DNA of 64,000 nucleotides from Candidatus Poribacteria bacterium (lineage in GTDB: Bacteria; Poribacteria; WGA-4E; WGA-3G). The notes under the pieces were generated by a model that searched no databases, had not been told where the DNA came from, and saw only the letters and a program-made list of their open reading frames with translations. Position numbers and translations under genes: made by a program. This document shows positions 29,199-39,741 of the stretch, piece by piece (the stretch's first letter is position 1; every line of letters begins with the position of its first letter). The stretch lies in contig CAXXUA010000004.1 of the NCBI GenBank assembly GCA_963663765.2, positions 1,056,001 to 1,120,000 of the forward strand, in the 5' to 3' direction.

Positions 29199-30803
29199 TT
29201 AACGTTTCTGATGACTTAATCTACGATGCTCTCTAAGTTTGTCCCACGGATAGATGAAACAGCGGTTAGCCCAATCTTGATACAGATCATCCAACGCCTT
29301 CACCTTTTGTGGATGTTTGTCAGCGATATTGTCTATCTCTGACCGTTCTGCTTCCAGATCGTAGAGTTCCCAATCACCTGGAAATCTACAGACAAGTTTC
29401 ATATCCCCTTGCCGAATAGCACAGTTCCCTTCGTGTTCCCAATACAGGATCTCTTTACCGTTATCCTTATCATCAAAAATCGGAACTAAGCTTGTACCTT
29501 CAAACGGCAAAATCGGTTTGCCATCATGTTCTTCGGGATAGGATGCACCAGAAATCTCCAAACATGTCGGCATAATATCCGTAAGTTGTCCGGGTTGATG
29601 CCGTAATTCACCGGTGGATTTTATTCCTTCAGGCCAATGTGCAATCAGGGGTGTAGAAATGCCACCTTCATGCACCCAGTGTTTGTAAAGACGGAACGGC
29701 GTATTAGATAGATTTGCCCACGGAACACCATAACTCTGATAGGTCGTCTCAGGTCCGGGCATAATACTCGGATCGTTACCACGATACACAGGTTTACCAT
29801 CAGATGTTGTTTGCGTACTAATGTGTGTGTCTCTATCGCGTTTCGCTGGCGGACCACCGAGTTCTTCTGCACAACCACCATTGTCTGCTAAAAACAGAAT
29901 GAGTGTGTTTTCGTATTCTTCTGTCTCTTTCAACGCATCAATGATACGTCCGATTCCAGCATCCATACGTGTAATTTGTGCAGCATAAACCTCCATCCGA
30001 CGTTGGTTCCACTCCTTATATTGTGCTTCAGTCCACGGACGTTGTGATCCATCCCGATCTGTCAATCGCCACGCTTCATCCAACAATTTCATCTCACGCA
30101 TCCGCGACAACCGCTCTTCTCGAAGTTCATCCCATCCCGAAGCGAAACGTCCGTTGTACTTCGCAATGTCCTCTTCGTGCGCATGAAGTGGCCAGTGTGG
30201 CGCAGTATACGCAACATAAGTAAAGAACGGACTCTCAGATTTTCTAAAATGATGATCATGAATGTACTTCACCGCTTCATCGCTGACAGCATCGGTGAAG
30301 AAATAACCTTCAGGAAGATCGTCACTATCAAGCCGTGTGTTATTCCGTGTAAGCGTATTCGGTTTCCAGAAATTAGCTGCCCCAGTGATAATGCCATAGT
30401 ATTCGTCAAAACCACGTTGACAAGGCCAACTGTGCTTAGGACCATCTGCACCAATGTGACGCGATATATGCCATTTGCCACTCATATATGTGCTATATCC
30501 TTCTGAACGTACCGCATCTGCGATCGTAATACAGCGGTCATTCAGGTCACCACGATAGCCTTCCAACCCATCGTCACCCATCATGTGTCCCACACCTGTT
30601 TGGTGCGGATGAAGTCCCGTAAGCATAGAAGCACGTGATGGACAACACCGAGCCGTGTTATAAAACTGTGTGAACCGAAGCCCACCAGAAGCAAGTCCAT
30701 CAAGATTTGGGGTCTGAACTTCTCCACCATAACACCCCAAATCTGAAAAACCCATATCATCATTAAGGATAAGAACTATATTTGGTTTTTTGTTCTCTGA
30801 CAT
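29199..30803 (-). CDS. Arylsulfatase (Cys-type), copy 1
   Basis: Same motifs as 27540..29144. Both are 534 aa and nearly identical. Confidence 0.95.
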   Translation of the reverse strand: MSENKKPNIVLILNDDMGFSDLGCYGGEVQTPNLDGLASGGLRFTQFYNTARCCPSRASMLTGLHPHQTGVGHMMGDDGLEGYRGDLNDRCITIADAVRSEGYSTYMSGKWHISRHIGADGPKHSWPCQRGFDEYYGIITGAANFWKPNTLTRNNTRLDSDDLPEGYFFTDAVSDEAVKYIHDHHFRKSESPFFTYVAYTAPHWPLHAHEEDIAKYNGRFASGWDELREERLSRMREMKLLDEAWRLTDRDGSQRPWTEAQYKEWNQRRMEVYAAQITRMDAGIGRIIDALKETEEYENTLILFLADNGGCAEELGGPPAKRDRDTHISTQTTSDGKPVYRGNDPSIMPGPETTYQSYGVPWANLSNTPFRLYKHWVHEGGISTPLIAHWPEGIKSTGELRHQPGQLTDIMPTCLEISGASYPEEHDGKPILPFEGTSLVPIFDDKDNGKEILYWEHEGNCAIRQGDMKLVCRFPGDWELYDLEAERSEIDNIADKHPQKVKALDDLYQDWANRCFIYPWDKLREHRRLSHQKR

Positions 30804-30843
30804 AATATATACTCCTTTTGTGGTTTTATACCATTTCTAATTA

Positions 30844-31727
30844 CAGGACTTAAGCATTATAGTAGATTTTAGAATTATTTTTACACTTTCAGGTGTAGGA
30901 GGGAACTCCGATTCCCGACTATCAAGACGTTCAGTCGCGATTCGGAGATCGTTCCTACAGAACAAGTGTAAACCTAATTGTATATTTCACTATAAATGGT
31001 ATACGTGCTTTGTAAGCGCGCCGGAAGCCAAAAAATACTGAAATTACATCATTCTTGCCATAATTCTTGATTGGATCATGAAAACTGCGTAAGTCCTGCT
31101 TAATTGTATATTTCACTATAAATCGTAGACGTGCTTTGTAAGCGCGCCGGAAACCTAAAAAATACTGAAATTACATCATTCTTGCCATAATTCTTGATTA
31201 TTTATGAAAATTGCGTAAGTCCTGCTTAATTGTATATTTCACTATAAATCGTAGACGTGCTTTGTAAGCGCGCTGGAAGCCGAAAAAATACTGAAATTAC
31301 ATCATTCTTGCCATAATTCTTGATTATTTATGAAAACTGCGTAAGTCCTGCTTAATTGTATATTCACTATAAATGGTAGGCGTGCTTTGTAAGCGCGCCG
31401 GAAACTGAAAAAATACTGAAATTACATCATTCTTGCAATAATTCTTGATTGGATCATGAAAACTGCGTAAGTCCTGCTTAATTGTATATTTAACTATAAA
31501 TGGTAGGCGTGCTTTGTAAGCGCGCTGGAAGCCAAAAAAATACTGAAATTACATCATTCTTGCAATAATTCTTAATTATTTATGAAAACTGCGTAAGTCC
31601 TGCTTAATTGTATATTCACTATAAATGGTAGGCGTGCTTTGTAAGCGCGCTGGAAGCCAAAAAAATACTAAAATTACATCATTCTTGCAATAATTCTTGA
31701 TTATTTATGAAAATTGCGTAAGTCCTG
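30844..31727. repeat. CAGGACTT-ended MITE with a nested TATAGT MITE (30858-30994) and about 126-bp x6 amplification of its right arm
   Basis: GTGCTTTGTAAGCGCGC at 31005, 31131, 31257, 31382, 31509 and 31634. Each unit ends TGCGTAAGTCCTG. Confidence 0.9.
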
Positions 31728-32031
31728 CTTATAATAAATACTTAGCAAGAAAACCATTTAGTCCCGTAGGGACGATATGTTTATAGAAAAACGCCATAGG
31801 ACATACTCTTTAGTCCCGTAGGGACGATATGTGTGCATTATAAACCTAATATATGTAAAAACTTTGAAAACAATGGGTTAACTGGCACAAGTAGTTAATT
31901 GTATATTTCACTATAAAAGAAGTATCTAAAGTATCTATCAAAGCTTGCTTGACGTTAGTGAACTGTGGACATCGTAGGGGCGCGGTTTCCTCGCCTGTGT
32001 CCAACCTCTGTTCAGGCGGGGAGACCCCCGC

Positions 32032-32339
32032 CCCATAAGCGTCAATTTAAGGATTTTGACCTCTTGTGGGAGGGGTTTTCAACCCCGATTTTACGCGCTT
32101 TTCCTCTCAAATCGGGGTTGAAAACCCCTCCCACAAGAGAAACACCAACACTTTTTTCTTAAATTGACGCCTATGGGACGGGGAGACCCCCGCCCCATAA
32201 GCGTCAATTTAAGGATTTTGACCTCTTGTGGGAGGGGTTTTCAACCCCGATTCTACGCGCTTTTCCTCTCAAATCGGGGTTGAAAACCCCTCCCACAAGA
32301 GAAACACCAACACTTTTTTCTTAAATTGACGCCTATGGG
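32032..32339. mobile_element. Tandem dimer of the CCCATAGG MITE inside a REP
   Basis: Copies at 32032-32177 and 32194-32339, flanked and separated by (G/A)CGGGGAGACC(C)CCGC. Confidence 0.85.
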
Positions 32340-32387
32340 GCGGGGAGACCCCGCCCCTACGCACAGTAACCAAAACTTTACACACCC

Positions 32388-32489
32388 GGGAATTCGGGGT
32401 ATGAACTTCTCCACCATAACACCCCAAATCTGAAAAACCCATATCATCGTATAGGATAAGACGATATTTGGTTTTTTGTTCTCAAGCAT
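32388..32489 (-). pseudogene. Truncated, frameshifted third arylsulfatase 5' end
   Basis: MLENKKPNI(V), a -1 frameshift, then LILYDDMGFSDLGCYGGEVHTPN. It is cut at an ISKra4-type end (AAAACTTTACACACCC ending at 32387). Confidence 0.85.
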
Positions 32490-32536
32490 ATTGTAGATAC
32501 CTGCTTAAAATGTTTTGGTCACTAAAATTCAGCTTT

Positions 32537-35266
32537 TCAATGAACCTTAATAGGTGAATCGTTATCGTTTACAGTGTTTAGTAGTAAGTGACTACTGTCT
32601 TCAGTAGCAAGCATATTGAAAAATGTCTTCGCTTCTGCATAAGCTGCTACAGGAATTGTACGTTGTTTTAGGATAAATATTAGACGATAAGTAACCAAGT
32701 TATCATGTTGGCGATACTCTCTCTGCATTGCAGCAAAACCTATATCGGACTGAACGTCTTTGGGCAACACAGCACGCAAACCATCAGGTAGGTGTATCTG
32801 GATACTTTTCTCAAGTTTCATAGGATAACTGAGATCAAGCGGATAGATCCGTTCCACTGAGGCAACAATTTCAGCATAACCACTGAATTCATCAATCGGC
32901 AATGGAAGAAGTAACTTATTTTCTAAGTGCTTCATATAATCATCTACTTCAAAATCAATTTCAATCTCCAAGGGTATATCAAGATTTCCTACATCAGAAA
33001 GGTATGAGGAAGCAATACGGATATTTGGGAATTGACCACTTAACTCAGTTGCAAAAGTCTTCTTCCATTCAGTTCTATGAACCTGTTGATATTTCCAGCG
33101 CGCATCCAAACTATATTGTCCCGTCATGCGAAGACGAATCTTGCCAGTTGCACTACCGTTACGACTAACCCATAATTCTGTTTCTGACACAAGGTGATTG
33201 GATTCTGGGGGAAAAATAGGTATGTCAACAAATGTACCGTGTGTATCCCCAATCAGTAATCCTGTTCGACCTTGGTTTGTGTAAGGTAAATCCCCATAAC
33301 TACAAGTTGTTGATGTCGGATCCAACCATATATAGTTATTAGCGTCAGTCGGAATTGCTGCAATCATATGGTTAAACTGACTTAGGGTAGGTAAAGATGT
33401 GTCAACTCTCTGATATGGTGATACGCTCAACATAACAGGATACGCCTTTATACCAAACAGGTCCAGCATAGAAATCAGCAAAGTGGTTTTGTCCTTGCAA
33501 TCACCATACTGTTTCTGGAGCACTTCGGCTGCAGGTGAGGGTTGGTATGCACCTTCTCCAAGTTCAATCCCAACATAACGAATCTGCTTGGATACAAAGT
33601 AGTATAAAGTCCGTATTATATCCTCCTCTGTTGTGAGCCTTTCTGTCAGTTCTTCCACAGTTTTCTGTAGATGCACATCAGGTGCATAACGTCCTTTTGC
33701 AAGGCTTTTATACCAAGTATACACATCGTTCCATGTTCCAATAGATGAAAAACTCAAACGTGGTACGATGTCGTTTATATGCGGCATACCCTCTTCTAAC
33801 TTCAGTGCTGATGTCTCTCCATTCCGCCATATATACAAAACAATTCCGTCTTCATTGTAAGATATTTCCGGTTCAATTTCAAAGTTGTCAGTTTTCCATT
33901 GAAAATGATAGTCTTGTGGTAACCTGAGTGCAAAAGCAGTCTCAAGCGTTATTTCTGTTGACTGAAAGTTGTAACCACCTGTAACCCATGTTTTTTGTCC
34001 AGTAACACGTTCTATTTTATCCTCAAGTGTAACCTTATATTCAATACAGACCCCTGGTGCAAGTCCTACCATTGAGATGACACGCCACATCGTATCTGAA
34101 TAGAGATTTCGGGATAGTAAACCTGGTGGTGTAACATCGTTGAACGCTTCATCGGGAGGGAGACGCACCGTACCATCAAGTGCAATTGTCCGTGCAATGT
34201 TAACACCAATATTTTGCGAATTCGGTTGATATGGGATGGCAATATCACCATATTTTTGTATACCCCGTTCATTCAAAATCTTTACAACTTGATGTGTTGT
34301 ATAACGGGACTGCCCTGTCGGTAGTACATCATGGCTAAAATGATTAAAGAGTATAACAACATCCGCGTCTGGATATTCTTTCAAGGTAGGCGCATTGGCA
34401 ATTATATGGGATACATCCGTCTCAAATATTGCAACAGGAGGGACAGATAGAACCTGGACTGACGTAGTTTGCAAACTTGCAAGTGCTTGCAACCGAGAAA
34501 CTGCCAATAGATTGTCTGGGTCAACCTCCAAAAGTTGCTGGTATTGCAGTTGTGCTTCAAAGTAACGTTGATTATCTTCATAGAGTGATGCAAGCTGCTG
34601 TCGCACCCACACATCATTCGGAAACAACCGTATTGATTCCCGATATTCTGCAATCGCTTCACCGACTTCCCCTCGCTGTAGAAAAATCAATCCTAAGTAA
34701 TTATGTAAATTTACAGAATCAGGATGTTCACAGGCAGGATCAAGTTTCAAGACTTTACGAAGTTGTGCTTCTGCCTCATCAAGTCTGTTCAACTGTTTAT
34801 AGACTAAACCGAGATGATTCAACGCATAGAGATTATCTTTAGAAATGCTAAGTACGCGTTCATAATACTGCGCTGATTTTTCATAATGTCTTAATTTCTC
34901 ATTGATATAACCAACATAGTTGAGTGCAGTAATGTTACTTGGTTCAAGGTTCAAAAATGCTAAAAAAGCAGCCTCTGCTTCTTCATATTCCTCAAGATGA
35001 AAGTAAATTTCCGCAATCTTATATTGGGGTTCACTGGATTTCGGACGAATCTTTACTGCTGCTTGGAAAGCCTCAAGCGCGTCTGAAAACAGCCCCTGTT
35101 TTAGTGCTTCATTACCGACTCTAATTTGTTCGCGCCACTGCTTATTGCGTTCAATCAACGGATCAACAATCACCGGAGAAACAGGTTGTGACTTTTCAAA
35201 TAAAGCACATCCGAAAACTGCCACAAGCAGGATTAACACCATACATTGAAAACATCGACGTAACAT
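32537..35266 (-). CDS. Lipoprotein with TPRs, DUF3857 and a transglutaminase-like domain
   Basis: Lipobox VAVFGC, TPR array, and IRYVGIELG...YGDCKDK, FNHMI, WLDPT catalytic triad. Confidence 0.9.
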   Translation of the reverse strand: MLRRCFQCMVLILLVAVFGCALFEKSQPVSPVIVDPLIERNKQWREQIRVGNEALKQGLFSDALEAFQAAVKIRPKSSEPQYKIAEIYFHLEEYEEAEAAFLAFLNLEPSNITALNYVGYINEKLRHYEKSAQYYERVLSISKDNLYALNHLGLVYKQLNRLDEAEAQLRKVLKLDPACEHPDSVNLHNYLGLIFLQRGEVGEAIAEYRESIRLFPNDVWVRQQLASLYEDNQRYFEAQLQYQQLLEVDPDNLLAVSRLQALASLQTTSVQVLSVPPVAIFETDVSHIIANAPTLKEYPDADVVILFNHFSHDVLPTGQSRYTTHQVVKILNERGIQKYGDIAIPYQPNSQNIGVNIARTIALDGTVRLPPDEAFNDVTPPGLLSRNLYSDTMWRVISMVGLAPGVCIEYKVTLEDKIERVTGQKTWVTGGYNFQSTEITLETAFALRLPQDYHFQWKTDNFEIEPEISYNEDGIVLYIWRNGETSALKLEEGMPHINDIVPRLSFSSIGTWNDVYTWYKSLAKGRYAPDVHLQKTVEELTERLTTEEDIIRTLYYFVSKQIRYVGIELGEGAYQPSPAAEVLQKQYGDCKDKTTLLISMLDLFGIKAYPVMLSVSPYQRVDTSLPTLSQFNHMIAAIPTDANNYIWLDPTSTTCSYGDLPYTNQGRTGLLIGDTHGTFVDIPIFPPESNHLVSETELWVSRNGSATGKIRLRMTGQYSLDARWKYQQVHRTEWKKTFATELSGQFPNIRIASSYLSDVGNLDIPLEIEIDFEVDDYMKHLENKLLLPLPIDEFSGYAEIVASVERIYPLDLSYPMKLEKSIQIHLPDGLRAVLPKDVQSDIGFAAMQREYRQHDNLVTYRLIFILKQRTIPVAAYAEAKTFFNMLATEDSSHLLLNTVNDNDSPIKVH

Positions 35267-35634
35267 TATTCCTTGTCTCCACTATCAACAATAAGTTTCG
35301 TGTTTTTTGCATGCCTCTCTTTATCACGATCTGTTCTCTTTAACATAGATTTTTTAAACGCATCTTCAAGTTGAACACCGGTCTGATTTGCCAAACATAG
35401 CAAGACGAACAGAATATCTGCCATTTCATCTGCAAGATTACTATCTTTTTCATTTTCCTTGTAACTTTGTTCCCCATATTCGCGTGCCATTATCCGTGCC
35501 AACTCACCAACCTCCTCCATGAGGATAGTAGTATTGGTCAATTCCGAAAAATAACGCACTCCTACGGAGTTAATCCAGTCATCAACTATTTTTTGGCAGT
35601 TTTCAAGCGTATAATCCATCAGTCGCAATTCCAT
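35266..35634 (-). CDS. MazG-like nucleotide pyrophosphohydrolase (YpjD family)
   Basis: YFSELTN...LMEEVGELAR...YGEQS.K...LADEMADILFVLLCLANQ. Confidence 0.9.
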   Translation of the reverse strand: MELRLMDYTLENCQKIVDDWINSVGVRYFSELTNTTILMEEVGELARIMAREYGEQSYKENEKDSNLADEMADILFVLLCLANQTGVQLEDAFKKSMLKRTDRDKERHAKNTKLIVDSGDKE

Positions 35635-35654
35635 TTAATTTAGCGTATATAAAG

Positions 35655-35854
35655 CAGGACATACGCACCTAACGGTAGACGTGCTTTGTAAGCGGGGAAT
35701 GCCAAAAGGCATTCATACCGTTGATTTGGGGGAATACCATAAGGTATTCATACCGTTGATTTCTTGATTTGGCGCTGGAAACACAAATAATGTTGAAAAT
35801 TACATCTTTTTCATCACAATTCTTGATTAAATCATGAAAACTGCGTAAGTCCTG
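35655..35854. mobile_element. CAGGACTT-ended MITE with two tiny hairpin inserts
   Basis: CAGGACATACGCA / TGCGTAAGTCCTG ends. Relative to the empty copy at 41108 it has extra sequence at 35694-35771. Confidence 0.8.
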
Positions 35855-36104
35855 CAAAGATTGTAGCAGCAATCATTGCAGAAGTAAACCTAATTTCACA
35901 GTGTGGGTGTGTAAAGTTTTTGCACAAAGGTACAAACTTTTGTTCTCTTTAGTCCCGTAGGGACGCAATGTTTATAGAAAGACGTTATCACCCCTCTCTT
36001 TAGTTCCGTAGGAACGACATAAAAGGTTAAACATATCGTCCCTACGGGACTGTATATAAGACAATCCCAATAACATTAGGTATTGACACAGGGAGTCATA
36101 GTAA

Positions 36105-36833
36105 CAGGACTTACGCACCTAACGGTAGGCGCGCTTTGTAGACGGGGAATGCTAAAAGGCATTCATACCCGGGGAATGCCTAATGGAGATTAATAAATAA
36201 ATTAGGTGATTCTATCTAACCCACCCTGGTAGGCGTGTTGGCACATCAAGTCCCAATAGCGCGCTTACAAAGCACCAAATCAACGGTATGGGTGTGTAAA
36301 GTTTTTGCACAGAGGTACAAACTTTTGTTCTCTTTAGTCCCGTAGGGACGCAATGTTTATAGATAGGTGTAATCACCCTCTCTTGAGTTCCGTAGGAACG
36401 ACATAGAAGAATAAACATATCGTCCCTACGGGACTAAAGAACTGGGAAGGGTACTTGTTTTCTATAAACATATCGTCCCTACGGGACTGAAGAGTATAGT
36501 TGATATTAACAATATTTCCTTATATTGACACCTATGGGTCTCTGTGCCCGCAATCTCTCATTTAATCAGTTGCGGCGGTGCACAGAGACCCCGCTCTACA
36601 ATGGAGAATGTGCAGTTTGTGCAAAAACTTTACACACCCCAACGGTATGAATGCCAAAAGGCATTCCCCGCCTACCGTGAGAGAAATATTTATTACCGAA
36701 TTAATAAATTAATCTTCATATGGCATTCATACCGTTGATTTCTTGATTTGGCGCTGGAAACCGAAAAAATGCTGAAAATTACACCATTTTCGTCATAATT
36801 CTTCATCAAATCATGAAAACTGCATAAGTCCTG
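36105..36833. mobile_element. Five-level nested MITE complex
   Basis: Outer CAGGACTTACGCA...TAAGTCCTG ends. The internal layers are described in the findings. Confidence 0.75.
36290..36639. mobile_element. 350-bp non-autonomous ISKra4 derivative (MITE)
   Basis: TIR GGGTGTGTAAAGTTTTTGCAC at both ends, sharing its first 18 bp with the IS at 6114. Perfect 9-bp TSD CAACGGTAT. A second left end lies at 35905. Confidence 0.9.
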
Positions 36834-37290
36834 TTAAGAAAAAAGTGTTAGCATTTCTCTTGTGGGAGGGGTTTTCAACCCCGATTTGAGTGGAAATGAA
36901 CATAAAATCGGGGTTGAAAACCCCTCCCACAAGAGGTCAAATTCCTTAAATTGACGCTTATGGGTGCTTTGTAAGCACACCCCATAGGTGTCAACTTAAG
37001 AAAAAAGTGTTGGCATATTCTCTTGTGGGAGGGGTTTTTAACCCCGATTTGAGTAGAAATGAACATAAAATCGGGGTTGAAAACCCCTCCCACAAGAGGT
37101 CAAATTCCTTAAATTGACGCTTATGGGTGCTTTGTAAGCACACCCCATAGGTGTCAACTTAAGAAAAAAGTGTTGGCATATTCTCTTGTGGGAGGGGTTT
37201 TCAACCCCGATTTGAGTGGAAATGAACATAAAATCGGGGTTGAAAACCCCTCCCACAAGAGGTCAAATTCCTTAAATTGACGCTTATGGG
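36834..37290. repeat. Tandem trimer (163-bp period) of the CCCATAGG MITE
   Basis: Copies are separated by the REP core TGCTTTGTAAGCACAC (16 bp). The first copy is truncated. Confidence 0.85.
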
Positions 37291-37694
37291 TGCTTTGTAA
37301 GCGCACCCCCGATGGTAGGCGGGGAATGCCTAAATGGCATTCATACCGTTGATTTCTTGATTTGGTGCTTTGTAAGCGCACCCCGATGGTAGGCGGGGAA
37401 TGCCTAAATGGCATTCATACCCGGGGAATGCCAAAAGGCATTCATACCCGGGGAATGCCAAAAGGCATTCATACCGTTGATTTCTTGATTTGGTGCTTTG
37501 TAAGCGCGCTGGAAACCGAACAAATGCTGAAAATTACACCATTTTCGTCATAATTCTTCATCAAACATGAAAACTGATTAAGTCCTGAATATATTATAAT
37601 CAGTTGAATCTTGTTTAGATTGCAAATTAGGTTTGATTTCAAAAAGTCTTCAAATGTACAATATCAATCAGAAGAGGGGATTTACGATTAACTT

Positions 37695-37887
37695 CAGGGT
37701 TATTCATTTTTAAGAACCTATCGTTATGCCAGTTAACTTTGGGTTAAGATTAGTAATTATAGAGGATTTTTATGGTATTCTTGATTTTGGTCTGAAAAAG
37801 AATGGGGTAACTCCCAAGAATAAGCTAACTCAAGGATTAACAACTCTGATAGAATTTACTCAATAAATTGAAAACTAAATAACCCTG
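37695..37887. mobile_element. CAGGG-ended (ISAs1-like) MITE
   Basis: CAGGGTTATT / AATAACCCTG ends with a 10-bp TSD CGATT(A/C)ACTT. Confidence 0.8.
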
Positions 37888-37972
37888 CGATTCACTTACA
37901 CACCTCTTGATATTATTAGGAATAAATTGTATACTTAACAGCATATTTTTACATTATCAAAAGGAACTATAC

Positions 37973-38716
37973 ATGGGAATTACAGATAAAGAATTACAAT
38001 CTTATGAAGCGAATGGGTTTCTACTTAAAAAAGGTATCGTTTCATCAGAAGACATTGAAAACATTATGACGGAAATTGATGATATTCATAACCGTATGGC
38101 AGAAAATCCCACCCCAGGTATTGGTATCTCATGGGAGGTCTACGAAGACGACCCAGACCACCCACCTCTTATAAAGCAGCTCATGCATAGTGAGTTAGTC
38201 AGTCCGACCCTTAACCGCCTTCTTCGCTCAGATGCTGTGCTTGATGTCCTTGAAGCTATGATGGGACCTGACATCTCTTTATTCCATAGCAAACTGCTCC
38301 CCAAAGCAGGTGGTGACGGTACTGCTATCCCTTGGCACCAAGATTATGCTTACTGGAAAAACGATAGCAACAAACCTGTAATGATAAACTGCCAACTCGC
38401 AATTAATGAAGCAACACTTGAGAAAGGATGTATCCAATTTATACCAGGAAGCCATAACTGGGGTTTGCAAGAGCATGAACGAAAACATCAGACCTTTGGA
38501 GTTTTTCTACCCGGTCACTATCAGGAACGTGAGGACGCAGTCGCTGTAGAAATGGAGGCAGGAGACGCAGTCTTTTTTAATGCTCTCGTAATACACGGTT
38601 CTGCCCCTAATGTATCTAAAAAGGATAGATTGATGAATACCTTCGCCTATAATGTTACAGGTAACGGCACATCTCGGTCACGTGAAATATTACGCGGTAA
38701 GGAGATTGTTTCTTGA
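37973..38716 (+). CDS. Phytanoyl-CoA dioxygenase (PhyH) family Fe(II)/2OG oxygenase
   Basis: PWHQD (HxD), IPGSH and IHGS.PN.S..DR. ATG at 37973 follows AAGGA. Confidence 0.9.
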   Translation: MGITDKELQSYEANGFLLKKGIVSSEDIENIMTEIDDIHNRMAENPTPGIGISWEVYEDDPDHPPLIKQLMHSELVSPTLNRLLRSDAVLDVLEAMMGPDISLFHSKLLPKAGGDGTAIPWHQDYAYWKNDSNKPVMINCQLAINEATLEKGCIQFIPGSHNWGLQEHERKHQTFGVFLPGHYQEREDAVAVEMEAGDAVFFNALVIHGSAPNVSKKDRLMNTFAYNVTGNGTSRSREILRGKEIVS

Positions 38717-39723
38717 AAACGCCAAAACCCTTTTGGATATTCTTTAGTATCTTACTTTTTGCCACTGTGTTAGGTTGTGGAAACGACGAAACAACAAGGG
38801 GCAACGATGCACCAATCATCGCTGTGTTTGAAGCAGAATCGGAAGTCGTTCTTCCAGGCACACAGGTACCTATTCAACTAAAAGCCATAGATTACAATAA
38901 CGATGTGTTGACATATTCATGGTCTGCAAACTATGGTGATATTGAAGGAGACGCAAACGGTGCTTTATGGACTGCACCTGAAACCGAACAGAAATATCAT
39001 ATACAGGTCACTGTAAACGACGGTGATAAATCGACCACAAGCACTTTGGATATCGTCGTTTGGCTCGGAAGAGAAGGCAACTATTACCCCTTAGCAGAAG
39101 GTAACATCTGGAGATACCAAAATACTAAAGGGACAATTATTACGTTTGAAGTCATAGATACTATACAGATACATCTTGAAAATGGTGAGACTTTAGACAG
39201 TTTTGTACTGCAGAAATCAAGTAATGAACAGGGAACAGAAAACATTGTAAACTATTCATATCTCGGACACAGCTATGATGAAAACGGTGAAGTGTCAGGC
39301 ATTATTCAGCATGCGCAGAACATCACTTCTGGTACTGAGGATACAATGACATTCACCCCATATTTGCCGCTGTATCAGTTTCCACTCTACCCATGTAAAA
39401 AATGGGAAGTCAGATTTCAAGCAGAATTAGTGCCAGAACTTTTTCCATTGGGAAGAGGTACAGACAAATTTGAAGTACTGTCCATTGAAACGGTTACTGT
39501 TCCAGCGGGAACCTATGAGGATGTGTTTCAGGTTCAAGAGTCGTTTACATGGGGAATGGACTTTGATACTGCTAAATTCACTCTTGACACTACCGTAACA
39601 AAAAAGTGGCTTGCACCTAATATCGGCCTGATAAAATTTACGCAAACGCAAATCAGGAACGATGTTCCAGTTGAATCAGAATTTGAACTTGAATCTTACG
39701 AACTTGTAAGCGATTCAAAGTAA
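38713..39723 (+). CDS. Lipoprotein with an Ig/PKD-like domain and a beta-rich C-terminal domain
   Basis: Lipobox TVLGC, LTYSWSA..G...WTAP, YYPLAEGNIWRY, ETVTVPAGTY and WLAPNIGLIK. Confidence 0.75.
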   Translation: MKTPKPFWIFFSILLFATVLGCGNDETTRGNDAPIIAVFEAESEVVLPGTQVPIQLKAIDYNNDVLTYSWSANYGDIEGDANGALWTAPETEQKYHIQVTVNDGDKSTTSTLDIVVWLGREGNYYPLAEGNIWRYQNTKGTIITFEVIDTIQIHLENGETLDSFVLQKSSNEQGTENIVNYSYLGHSYDENGEVSGIIQHAQNITSGTEDTMTFTPYLPLYQFPLYPCKKWEVRFQAELVPELFPLGRGTDKFEVLSIETVTVPAGTYEDVFQVQESFTWGMDFDTAKFTLDTTVTKKWLAPNIGLIKFTQTQIRNDVPVESEFELESYELVSDSK

Positions 39724-39741
39724 CACATAAGGATTTATGCA

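Noticed and set aside
25371-37553. Short ORFs in repeat clusters (25371, 25448, 25948, 27386, 31965, 36212, 36875, 37038, 37154, 37362)
   Set aside because: They are translations of MITE and REP sequence, and the same peptides recur wherever the repeats occur.
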